In this document: positions 41,703 through 49,926 of the stretch, piece by piece
How positions within the stretch are numbered: the stretch's first letter is position 1
How the letters are laid out: each line of letters begins with the position of its first letter
Origin: an uncultured virus (IMG/VR IMGVR_UViG_3300029922_000022)
Taxonomy: Duplodnaviria > Heunggongvirae > Uroviricota > Caudoviricetes
Virus record (IMG/VR): IMGVR_UViG_3300029922_000022
Reading direction: 5' to 3' (one strand)
DNA: 64,000 nucleotides
Program-made: the position numbers and the translations under genes
The notes under the pieces: model-generated
The model's input: the letters and a program-made list of their open reading frames with translations, nothing else
What the model was told of the DNA's origin: nothing
The model's database searches: none

Positions 41703-42053
41703 ATGAATATAATAAATTTTTTATTTTATAAATCAGAAAAAACTATGCACATAAATAGTACAGATATTGATAATTGTACTAGATATAAAGATAAATGGAT
41801 CCAACCTTATACAGAAGTTATTAAAAATAAAATAATTACTGATTCTAATAAAATGATAGATGAAGTGAATTTGAAATATAAAAGAAAAAATAAAAAAGAA
41901 CTTATTATTGAAATAACTTTATGCTTAAATAGAATAGATAGAAACTATGATGATCACGGAATTAGTAATAAACAATATCAAGCAGAATTTGAGCATTTTA
42001 TAAAATCAACAATACTAATATATAAAAATAACGTAATATATGAAAGTAGATAA
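41703..42053 (+). CDS. Hypothetical protein
   Basis: ORF after host-type promoter. Confidence 0.55.
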   Translation: MNIINFLFYKSEKTMHINSTDIDNCTRYKDKWIQPYTEVIKNKIITDSNKMIDEVNLKYKRKNKKELIIEITLCLNRIDRNYDDHGISNKQYQAEFEHFIKSTILIYKNNVIYESR

Positions 42054-42447
42054 ATTTAATGAGACATACGAAGAAATAATTCATATTGAAGGTAATGATG
42101 TATCAAATGATTCAGTACCAATAACAAATAATCGTGATATATTAACTTATATGGTTAATATTCAAACTGATGCATTTAAATCTCATAAATTAGTATTAAC
42201 TAGTAATTTAATTGAACCTTTAACAAAAATTTTTGGTACTCAAAATAAAACAATGAGACTTGAGTTTATGACAAAGTTGTGGGTTTTAAAATTTAAAGAT
42301 TTGACATTTAATGTTTATACAGCAAAGAATAGAGGAACATCTTATGAAGTTTGTGACTATTCATATGAAGATATTCGTACAGATAAATTATTAACAAAAA
42401 AAATTATAGAATTTTTAGATGAATTGTATAAATTAATAAACGAATAA
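42040..42447 (+). CDS. Hypothetical protein (MKVDKFNE leader)
   Basis: 135-aa ORF. Confidence 0.6.
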   Translation: MKVDKFNETYEEIIHIEGNDVSNDSVPITNNRDILTYMVNIQTDAFKSHKLVLTSNLIEPLTKIFGTQNKTMRLEFMTKLWVLKFKDLTFNVYTAKNRGTSYEVCDYSYEDIRTDKLLTKKIIEFLDELYKLINE

Positions 42448-42452
42448 ATAAT

Positions 42453-42794
42453 ATGAAAAAAGCTTATATCGTAAAACTAATTGATGGCGATAATGATACC
42501 ATTATGAAACTTGTTGATCAGGAAACTTGGAATTGGATAAATTTAGATAAATCTGGACAACCAACTCCTACTAAGGTGAAAAAATTTAAATTTTTTGCTA
42601 CTGCTACTGGTGGTAGATGGGATGATAAATTGTGTCCAGATTCAATCCGAGAACGGATCAAAAATGATACAGAATTAAATAATTGTATTTTTGATGGTGT
42701 TTGGATAACAGAAGGTACTTGGAACAACGATAGAGCTATATTAGCACCAGCATTAGAAGATAATAACGAAGATTTTAAAAATAGAAAAAAATGA
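42453..42794 (+). CDS. Hypothetical protein
   Basis: 113-aa ORF. Confidence 0.55.
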   Translation: MKKAYIVKLIDGDNDTIMKLVDQETWNWINLDKSGQPTPTKVKKFKFFATATGGRWDDKLCPDSIRERIKNDTELNNCIFDGVWITEGTWNNDRAILAPALEDNNEDFKNRKK

Positions 42795-42866
42795 CTTTTT
42801 TTATATAATATATAAGAAAGTAGAAAATAAAATAAACAAAATACAAATTTAAATATATACAATATC

Positions 42867-42965
42867 ATGAACAACATTAGTAGAAATATCACAGCAGTCA
42901 CAACAACAACTACCCCCGCAGGAGGCAGACCAGTCGTGTATTTGGGTGATAATAATCTAAGTTGA
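42867..42965 (+). CDS. Putative attenuator leader peptide (32 aa)
   Basis: MNNISRNITAVTTTTTPAGGRPVVYLGDNNLS*; GC-rich core in an AT-rich genome; precedes terminator and tRNA array. Confidence 0.7.
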   Translation: MNNISRNITAVTTTTTPAGGRPVVYLGDNNLS

Positions 42966-42993
42966 TATTTTTATAAAATATTTTAATAGTGTT

Positions 42994-43035
42994 AAAAACC
43001 CAAAGATGATTATTCAACTTTGGGTTTTTTCTTTT
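42994..43035 (+). terminator. Intrinsic terminator/attenuator ahead of tRNA array
   Basis: aaaaacccaaag-N12-ctttgggtttttt-ctttt; 5' arm also complementary to tttgggt (42941-42947) in the leader ORF. Confidence 0.8.
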
Positions 43036-43048
43036 TAAATAATTAATT

Positions 43049-43126
43049 GGTCCTGTATTGGCAGAATTTCCTAAATTCTATGTGCATAATGGAATGAAAA
43101 TGAGAGTTCAAATCTCTTCTGGACTA
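43049..43126 (+). tRNA. Atypical tRNA-Arg(CCT), D-arm reduced, long variable region
   Basis: GGTCCTG/CTGGACT acceptor; AGAAT-TTCCTAA-ATTCT; GAGAG-TTCAAAT-CTCTT T arm. Confidence 0.6.
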
Positions 43127-43136
43127 CAATAAACAT

Positions 43137-43197
43137 CGGGAGTATGTGGTAGTGTCTCGGGTACCGACACAAGAAAGTTCGACTCTTTCTCTTCCGA
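43137..43197 (+). tRNA. Short tRNA-Pro-like element (anticodon GGG or CGG, uncertain)
   Basis: CGGGAG/CTTCCG-A acceptor (C1-G72, A73); GAAAG-TTCGACT-CTTTC T arm; no D arm; 9-nt loop. Confidence 0.4.
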
Positions 43198-43214
43198 CAA
43201 AGGTTGAATTAAAT

Positions 43215-43287
43215 ATGGATGTAGTTCAGTAGGTAGAATGCTTGGTTTGGGACCAAGTGGTCGGGATTTCGAGCATCCCCATCCATA
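43215..43287 (+). tRNA. tRNA-Pro(TGG)
   Basis: Cloverleaf; CTTGG-TTTGGGA-CCAAG. Confidence 0.85.
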
Positions 43288-43298
43288 CATATAATAAT

Positions 43299-43375
43299 AG
43301 TCCTGTAATGGCATGGTTTTCTAAACCATAAGTGCATAACGGATGTGAATGTGGGTTCGAATCCCATCAGGATTA
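43299..43375 (+). tRNA. Atypical tRNA-Arg(TCT), D-arm reduced, long variable region
   Basis: AGTCCTG/CAGGATT; ATGGT-TTTCTAA-ACCAT; TGGG-TTCGAAT-CCCA. Confidence 0.65.
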
Positions 43376-43384
43376 CAAAAATAA

Positions 43385-43459
43385 GGGGGCTCATGTTCCA
43401 AGGCTCGGCGATGAATATTTGCAATATTTGTGAGGTGAATCCGATTTTCACAGTCTCCA
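43385..43459 (+). tRNA. tRNA-Ala(TGC)
   Basis: GGGGGCT/AGTCTCC-A with G3:U70; loop TTTGCAA. Confidence 0.75.
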
Positions 43460-43493
43460 CTATTTTTTGTTGGGTTCAAAATGATTATAATTT

Positions 43494-43568
43494 GCAGATA
43501 TAGTATAACGGCTAGTACATAACATTGCCAATGTTAAGATACCTTTTCGAGTAAGGTTATCTGCTCCA
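43494..43568 (+). tRNA. tRNA-Gly(GCC)
   Basis: GCAGATA/TATCTGC-T-CCA; TAACA-TTGCCAA-TGTTA. Confidence 0.85.
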
Positions 43569-43664
43569 AGTATTTATGGACATTTTTTATTAATAAGTGA
43601 AAATAATAGTTCGTTTTTGAGTTTATGCTCATCAATATTTTTATATATACAAATAAAAAGTTGT

Positions 43665-44834
43665 ATGGTAGAATATTGTAAATTTTGTGGTAAAGACATT
43701 AAGGATTTAAAGCCAACACAAAAAGGTCAGCATGTTGCAAATTGTAGCATGAATCCAAATATAAAAATAATTAAGGATAAAAGAGCATTATCAAAAATAG
43801 AAACACAGAGAGCAAAAAATCCAATATTGAAAATTAAGTTGAGATGCTTAAATTGTAATGAGGAATTTGAAATTGATGTGATTGAAAGTTATTATAAACG
43901 TGGTAGGTATAAAAAATGTTGTTGCGAAAAATGTGCAAAGCAATATTCAACAAAAAATTATGATGACGATATATTAAAAAAAGATTTTTGTAAAGAATGT
44001 GGAGAAGAATTTTTAGTTAAAAATAGAACAAAAATAGGTATATCAACATGTACAAAATGTAGAAAATTAAAAAGAAATAGAGGCAAAAATATAAAAAATA
44101 TTAATAAAAAACTTGGTGATAAAAATATTATAGAAAAAATATTAGTATGTAAATTTTGTGGTGACGAAAAATGTAAAAAACCAGAAGTGTGTTCAAAATT
44201 TAGACAAAAAAATAATGTTTATGAAAAATATTTAGGTTTTGATAGTAGTAAAAAAGGAAATAATGATGTGTATACTGAGTTTGATAGAATTATAAATGAA
44301 TTAAAATTTGATTATTTTGATAAAGAATTGTCTATTGTTGAAATAAGCAAAAAGTATAATATGAATTATAAATCTATGTATTTAATATTTAAAAAGAATA
44401 ATATTGTTATTAGAACATTTTCTGAAGCTGTAATGAATTCTATTAAAAATGGAAAAATAAATTATAATAATATAGTGCAATATCCATATAAATCTGGAAT
44501 GTATATAACATGGAAAGGTGATAACGTACATTATAGAAGCAATTATGAGAAAGAATATTATTCTATTTTGGATGATAAAAAAGTGAATTATGAAGTTGAA
44601 AGTTTAAGAATACAATATTATGATACACAAAAGAAAAAAATAAGAATTGCAATACCAGATATTTATATTAAAGAAATAAATGAAATTATTGAGATAAAAA
44701 GTAAATGGACTTTGAATGAAATAAATATGAAAGATAAAGTAAAATCATATAAAAAACTAGGATATAATGTTAGATTGATTGTTGGTGAAGGAAATAAGAA
44801 TTTTTTTAAAAATACAATTGATATAATATATTAA
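43665..44834 (+). CDS. Homing-endonuclease-like protein (Zn fingers plus TnsA-like PD-(D/E)xK) inside the tRNA array
   Basis: Several CxxC pairs; YRSNYE...PDIYI...IEIKS; likely ATG start at 43665. Confidence 0.7.
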   Translation: MVEYCKFCGKDIKDLKPTQKGQHVANCSMNPNIKIIKDKRALSKIETQRAKNPILKIKLRCLNCNEEFEIDVIESYYKRGRYKKCCCEKCAKQYSTKNYDDDILKKDFCKECGEEFLVKNRTKIGISTCTKCRKLKRNRGKNIKNINKKLGDKNIIEKILVCKFCGDEKCKKPEVCSKFRQKNNVYEKYLGFDSSKKGNNDVYTEFDRIINELKFDYFDKELSIVEISKKYNMNYKSMYLIFKKNNIVIRTFSEAVMNSIKNGKINYNNIVQYPYKSGMYITWKGDNVHYRSNYEKEYYSILDDKKVNYEVESLRIQYYDTQKKKIRIAIPDIYIKEINEIIEIKSKWTLNEINMKDKVKSYKKLGYNVRLIVGEGNKNFFKNTIDIIY

Positions 44835-44839
44835 AATAT

Positions 44840-44910
44840 GCAAAATGTAGCTTAACGGTAAAGTATCTGATTTCCAATCAGAAGACGGGGCTCAACACCC
44901 ACATTTTGCT
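44840..44910 (+). tRNA. tRNA-Gly(TCC), degenerate T arm
   Basis: TCTGA-TTTCCAA-TCAGA; 8-bp acceptor GCAAAATG/CATTTTGC-T. Confidence 0.6.
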
Positions 44911-44917
44911 CATAATC

Positions 44918-44990
44918 AGGACTTTAGCTCAGTTGGTAGAGCGCAACTATTACAAAGTTGATGTCATCGGTTCGATTCCGATAAGTCCTA
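44918..44990 (+). tRNA. tRNA-Val(TAC)
   Basis: Canonical cloverleaf; CAACT-ATTACAA-AGTTG. Confidence 0.9.
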
Positions 44991-45001
44991 CGAAAATAAT
45001 T

Positions 45002-45072
45002 GCACTTATCGTATAATGATATTACTTTGGCGTTGTATACCAAAAATTTCGGTTTGATCCCGAATAGGTGCT
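45002..45072 (+). tRNA. tRNA-Thr(TGT)
   Basis: GCACTTA/TAGGTGC-T; TTGGC-GTTGTAT-ACCAA (one mismatch); TTCGG-TTTGATC-CCGAA. Confidence 0.65.
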
Positions 45073-45116
45073 CAATAAAATAAACTTTTATTTTATTTTT
45101 TAATATATAAACATAT

Positions 45117-45189
45117 GCCATTATGATGTAATGGATTAGCATTAAAACCTTCTAAGTTTTTCGTCAGCGTTCGAATCGCTGTAATGGTA
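45117..45189 (+). tRNA. tRNA-Arg(TCT)
   Basis: Canonical cloverleaf; AAAAC-CTTCTAA-GTTTT; followed by terminator hairpin 45192-45231. Confidence 0.9.
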
Positions 45190-45345
45190 CAAAAATAAAA
45201 ATCAATCATTATTATGATTGATTTTTATTTTTAATTAAATAATTTTTACAAATTGAATTTATTTCCGTTATATAAAAGTTCTAATTTTTCAGGTAATTTA
45301 TATATTTTCACATTATATTATATATTAATTTTTATATATAGATTT

Positions 45346-46050
45346 ATGGAATATATTAAGAATTATAATAATTACAATGATGATATAATTTTAGAAAAAT
45401 TAAATCTTAAATCTCTTTTAGATACATTTAAATCGTTGAATAGTAAAAAAGTAGCTACTTTTATAGTAGGTGGACTTTTGACTATGATGACTGTTACACA
45501 AACAATAAATTATATAAACAATTTAAATTTAAATGCTAATCAGAAAATAACATTAATACATACTGTTGATAAATTTAAAGATCCATTAAGTTTTGGAGTT
45601 AGTAATTTTATATATGAGCATATCAAAAACCACGAAAAATTAAAATTAAAGGCATATAGATTAAAAGATAATAAAATAACTATAGGATTTGGTCATGCTG
45701 AAAATATTGGAGAATCTAAATTTAAAATTGGAGATCAAATAACTAAAGAACAAGCAGATCAATTATTTGAACAAGATTTACAATTTGCATATGATGGAGT
45801 TAGACGTATATTTAAAGAATGGAATAAAAAAGGAATCAATATAAAATTAACACAAAATCAGTTTGATGTTTTAGTGTCATTAGCATTTAATATGGGAATT
45901 GATAATTTAAGAACTTCAGATTTTATTCAAGCATTAAAACGTAAAGATATTAAGAATGCATCAGAATTGATAAAAATTACTGGATTACGTGATGGATTTG
46001 CTGGATTAGTTGATAGAAGAGAAGAAGAATATAATATATTTATATCATAA
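45346..46050 (+). CDS. GH24 phage lysozyme with N-terminal extension
   Basis: HEKLKLKAY...TIGFGH, LTQNQFDVLVSLAFNMG, GLVDRREEE; likely ATG start at 45346. Confidence 0.9.
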   Translation: MEYIKNYNNYNDDIILEKLNLKSLLDTFKSLNSKKVATFIVGGLLTMMTVTQTINYINNLNLNANQKITLIHTVDKFKDPLSFGVSNFIYEHIKNHEKLKLKAYRLKDNKITIGFGHAENIGESKFKIGDQITKEQADQLFEQDLQFAYDGVRRIFKEWNKKGINIKLTQNQFDVLVSLAFNMGIDNLRTSDFIQALKRKDIKNASELIKITGLRDGFAGLVDRREEEYNIFIS

Positions 46051-46079
46051 AAAAGAGATTCAAATGAATCTCTTTTTAT

Positions 46080-46388
46080 TTATTTTAATCCTTTAAGATT
46101 ATCAATTTGTTCAGTTAGCCATTTCATATCAAAATTTTGATATACATTTTTTTTAACATACTCTAATGCTGATATTCTTTCATTAAGTATATTATTTTCT
46201 ATTAGACCTTTAATTTTTTCAACTAATTCTTCTTTACCATTAATGGTAATATCTTTATCAATTGAATTATCGTTTGTAATTTTAATAGAAATTGATTCAT
46301 CTATTAAATCATAAATCTGATTTCTCAAAGTATCTTTGGCTTCATACTTTTTTTCAATTACGTCTTCTATTTTACTAAATTTTATCAT
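46080..46388 (-). CDS. Hypothetical protein
   Basis: 102-aa ORF. Confidence 0.6.
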   Translation of the reverse strand: MIKFSKIEDVIEKKYEAKDTLRNQIYDLIDESISIKITNDNSIDKDITINGKEELVEKIKGLIENNILNERISALEYVKKNVYQNFDMKWLTEQIDNLKGLK

Positions 46389-46551
46389 ATTTATTTATTT
46401 ATTTTTTCAGATAAGTATTTTCCACCTTTTTTAAAGTATCTTCATGACTATATATCTTTGTTAAATCCAATCCAATTTCTCTAATTTTTTTTCTTTTTCT
46501 ATAAGCTATTTTTTAAACTCTTTCAAATGTTTCATTTTTATATATTTATTT

Positions 46552-46818
46552 TCATTTGTAAGTATATCCTGATCTATTTGCCCAAATAAGTCCAGTAATT
46601 TGCATATATGTTACTCCATTTGCCATAATAGCTGGATATGTATTTACCATAGTTGTACCTGTTATATATGGATATTCGTATTTCAATACTGTACCATCAA
46701 TTGATGCTCTTTTAATTGACCATATTGAGTCTGTATCTTGAGTGCCTGGTGTCGCATATCCATAATATGTTGTTCCACTTTCATCAGAAGGATCAACTCT
46801 TAAAAGTTCCATTCCCAT
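46552..46818 (-). CDS. Small hypothetical (possibly structural) protein
   Basis: TYYGYATPG...WSIKR...WANRSGYTY. Confidence 0.6.
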   Translation of the reverse strand: MGMELLRVDPSDESGTTYYGYATPGTQDTDSIWSIKRASIDGTVLKYEYPYITGTTMVNTYPAIMANGVTYMQITGLIWANRSGYTYK

Positions 46819-46904
46819 AATTTATATTTTTCTTTTATATATAAAAAAAATCATTTCATATTTATGTATATATAAAAAAAACTTATAATTAAATTATAAG
46901 TTTT

Positions 46905-47269
46905 TGGTGGAGATGTCGGCATACAATAGCCGAGTCCAATATTGCCTTTCAGCATTTTCTACAAGTTTAGTTCATTTTTTCTAAAATAAACAAAAATACA
47001 TAATTTTTAAATGATAATTATTAAATTCATCAAACATTTTTACACCTTAAAATAGTTTGCTAACAAGGTTTCTGATTTTAGACCGATTAGGCTACTAAAA
47101 CTTCATTACCAACAACAGCTTCAGAAACTGCGAAAGTTGTATTAGAAGTTAAAATATGCGTATGTGCTTTGCCATTTAAATTTTACCCATTAATTTATTA
47201 ATCGCTGATAGATAATGCGATACTTGCTGATAACCTTATTCTACATTACTGTCAAAATCGTTCATCCCC
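46905..47269 (-). ncRNA. ssrA: tmRNA
   Basis: 5' GGGGATGAACGATTTTGACAG; 3' CATCTCC-A-CCA with G3:U70; internal tag frame 47173-47087 GKAHTHILTSNTTFAVSEAVVGNEVLVA*; 365 nt. Confidence 0.9.
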
Positions 47270-47289
47270 TTTTGAACTGTATATAGTAA

Positions 47290-47562
47290 TTAAAAAATAT
47301 AAAGTTTTTCTATTTTTTCTAATTTTAATTTTCTGACTTCATTTTTATATAATAATTTTTCATCATATGTTTCACTATCTGAAAAATTTTTAATTATACT
47401 ATTTATATAATCTTTATTATTCTCATATCTTGGTAGAACATCAATTGAATCATCGTTATTTTTTCTAAAAAAAATATCACCTTTATTCAAATCTATAATT
47501 TCAATAGCATATAATGATATTGTATTATTTATTTTTTGCACACTAAATTTTTCAGTTATCAT
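47290..47562 (-). CDS. Hypothetical protein with RKLKLEKI C-terminal motif
   Basis: 90-aa ORF. Confidence 0.6.
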   Translation of the reverse strand: MITEKFSVQKINNTISLYAIEIIDLNKGDIFFRKNNDDSIDVLPRYENNKDYINSIIKNFSDSETYDEKLLYKNEVRKLKLEKIEKLYIF

Positions 47563-47563
47563 A

Positions 47564-47935
47564 TTATTCGTTTAATTTTGAACTTATATCATTTTTAATT
47601 TCTTCTGCAGTTATATTTGGATATTTTTCTTTAATAGATAAATATAATCTATCTCTATCATCTTTTAGTTTTTCTATTTTATCATAGAATGGTTGAATTA
47701 TATTTTGAATAGATTTAATTTCTCTTTCTAAATATATTAATTTTTCATTTAAATCCATTGTTTTTCTAATATCATTCGCATCGGATTGAACAATAGTTTT
47801 CATTTCATCTTGAATTTTCTGAAATGCTTCTTTTTTTTTCATTATTATAGGTTCTTGATCTACAATTTCTTTTAAGTTTTGAAGATAATATTTCCTAATT
47901 CTTACTGCTTCATTAATATATTGATCATTAATCAT
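47564..47935 (-). CDS. Coiled-coil hypothetical protein
   Basis: 123-aa ORF in operon. Confidence 0.65.
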   Translation of the reverse strand: MINDQYINEAVRIRKYYLQNLKEIVDQEPIIMKKKEAFQKIQDEMKTIVQSDANDIRKTMDLNEKLIYLEREIKSIQNIIQPFYDKIEKLKDDRDRLYLSIKEKYPNITAEEIKNDISSKLNE

Positions 47936-48332
47936 TTTCTATATTTCTTTTTTCAATTAAATATGCAACATATTCTTCGTCTGACATTGTGTTTGTTGAC
48001 TTATTTTCATCATTCTTAACAGTATCAGGAATTAATTCATTTTCAGTTTCATATTTCATTTTATACCATTCATCAATATCGAAATCTACATCTTCGATTC
48101 TATCGTTTAATCCGTATTCATTATATTTTGAAATTAAATATCCAACATCAACAGTTTTACCTATTGTACCAGAGAAATAATCAATTAAAAAACTTGAAAT
48201 AGTAGAAAAATCTTCCAATTCTATAGCTCTATCTATATAATAATCAGAAAGATATCCTGCCATTTTGATAATCTTCATTTCATATTCTTTTAATTTCCTA
48301 ACTGAATCTAATTTTTTATTAATTTTACTCAT
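47928..48332 (-). CDS. Hypothetical protein
   Basis: 134-aa ORF in operon. Confidence 0.65.
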   Translation of the reverse strand: MSKINKKLDSVRKLKEYEMKIIKMAGYLSDYYIDRAIELEDFSTISSFLIDYFSGTIGKTVDVGYLISKYNEYGLNDRIEDVDFDIDEWYKMKYETENELIPDTVKNDENKSTNTMSDEEYVAYLIEKRNIEND

Positions 48333-48341
48333 TTGTGTTAT

Positions 48342-49097
48342 TTATTTTTTAAGTTCGTTATCAATAATTGTTTTAAGTTGATTATATATCTCATTTTTTA
48401 ATTTAGTTGGATCTTTTATTATTTTTTCTGATATTAATGTTGCGTAATATTCAACAGCATCAGCTTCTACATTTTCTTGAATCATTCCAATAAAATTAGG
48501 ATTAGGAATCATTTCTTCTATAGGAATACTCATTTTTATTGAATAATTACTTTTAAACATATTAAACATCATTTTAATAGGATCAACTTTTGGTTCTTCT
48601 TTTTTTATTTCTATTGGTTTATCGCCATTTAAAAATTTTTCATCATCAATTTCATCCCAATTTTTTTCTTGTACACTTGGTATATCTGCACCTGGCATAT
48701 TTTGTCTCCATTCATCTAGCATTGCTTTCTTTTGTTGCGGAGTTAAATTTACTGAGCCTTCAACCTGTTTTTGTTTTACTTGAGATTGAGACATAGAATT
48801 ATCAGATAATACAACAGGTTCTTCAATGAATTTTACTTTAGCTCCAGATGTTGGATTGTCTGTTATTTTACTAGTATCTAAATTTTTTAGTTGTTGAGCC
48901 ATATTCATTAATGGATCACTAGACGGAGCTTGAAAAAAAGAGTCAGGATTTATAGATTCTTCTATCATATCATATTTTTTGGCTAATACATCTTTTTTGA
49001 TACTTACATTATCACTTAATACATAGAAATTAGTATCCTCTTTTACAATACTAACTCTTTCTCCTGTTTGTTTATTTATAAAAACACTATTCGGCAT
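48342..49097 (-). CDS. Hypothetical protein
   Basis: 251-aa ORF. Confidence 0.7.
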   Translation of the reverse strand: MPNSVFINKQTGERVSIVKEDTNFYVLSDNVSIKKDVLAKKYDMIEESINPDSFFQAPSSDPLMNMAQQLKNLDTSKITDNPTSGAKVKFIEEPVVLSDNSMSQSQVKQKQVEGSVNLTPQQKKAMLDEWRQNMPGADIPSVQEKNWDEIDDEKFLNGDKPIEIKKEEPKVDPIKMMFNMFKSNYSIKMSIPIEEMIPNPNFIGMIQENVEADAVEYYATLISEKIIKDPTKLKNEIYNQLKTIIDNELKK

Positions 49098-49165
49098 AAT
49101 TTTAATTTATTTTTATTATATATATTGAAATATAGTATCTATAAAAAAAAAGTTTTAAATAATAG

Positions 49166-49441
49166 ATGAAATATATAAAAACATTTGAAGAAAAATTATA
49201 TCAACCTGGTAAAAAATTGTTATGTATTAATAATAACGTTGGTGAATTAGAAGATAAATATGATTTTACTATTGGTAAATTTTATAATATACATGAATAT
49301 GAATCTTGGTGGATATCATTTATAGATGATAAAGGAGTTGCACAATTTTTTAAACCTTCAGATGTTTCTAAAAATTTTTCAACTGCTTAAAGTTTAGAAG
49401 AGTATGAAATAATAAAAAATACTAATAAATTTAATATATAG
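49166..49441 (+). pseudogene. KFNI-family gene with in-frame TAA at 49388-49390
   Basis: MKYIKTFEE...NFSTA*SLEEYEIIKNTNKFNI*. Confidence 0.7.
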
Positions 49442-49445
49442 ATTT

Positions 49446-49889
49446 ATGATAACAAAATTTAAAATTTTTGAGGATGTAGATTATGATGAATCTAAATATA
49501 TTGGAAAGTTTTGTGCTTTAAAATCAGATGATAATGATATAAAAATGACTATATCTTTATGTACTCGTGTAGATTTTCACGATGATTTTAGTGTGTTTGC
49601 TGTATTTGATTGTTTTGATATTGATAAAAATGATAATATTAGTGATCCAGTAGGTGATCATGAAAATTTTACTAAAGATGAATTTAAAAAAATTAATTTT
49701 ATGACATCAATTGAATTTTATAATAGTCATAAAGATATTTGTGAGAAATTATATTTTAAAATTAGTGAAGATATTAAAAAAATAGGATTAGAATATTGGA
49801 AACTCTTAATATTAAGAGATTATAAAAAAGTATTAGATACAATACCTTATTTTAAGTTTTTTGTTGATTCTGATAAATTCAATATATAA
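49446..49889 (+). CDS. KFNI-family protein
   Basis: MITKFKIFED...DKFNI. Confidence 0.7.
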   Translation: MITKFKIFEDVDYDESKYIGKFCALKSDDNDIKMTISLCTRVDFHDDFSVFAVFDCFDIDKNDNISDPVGDHENFTKDEFKKINFMTSIEFYNSHKDICEKLYFKISEDIKKIGLEYWKLLILRDYKKVLDTIPYFKFFVDSDKFNI

Positions 49890-49926
49890 TTTTTATATAT
49901 ACATAAATAGAAAAAATATTTAACCT

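Noticed and set aside
43108..45142. Minus-strand ORFs 43108-43314, 43209-43460 and 44924-45142
   Set aside because: Antisense to tRNA genes.
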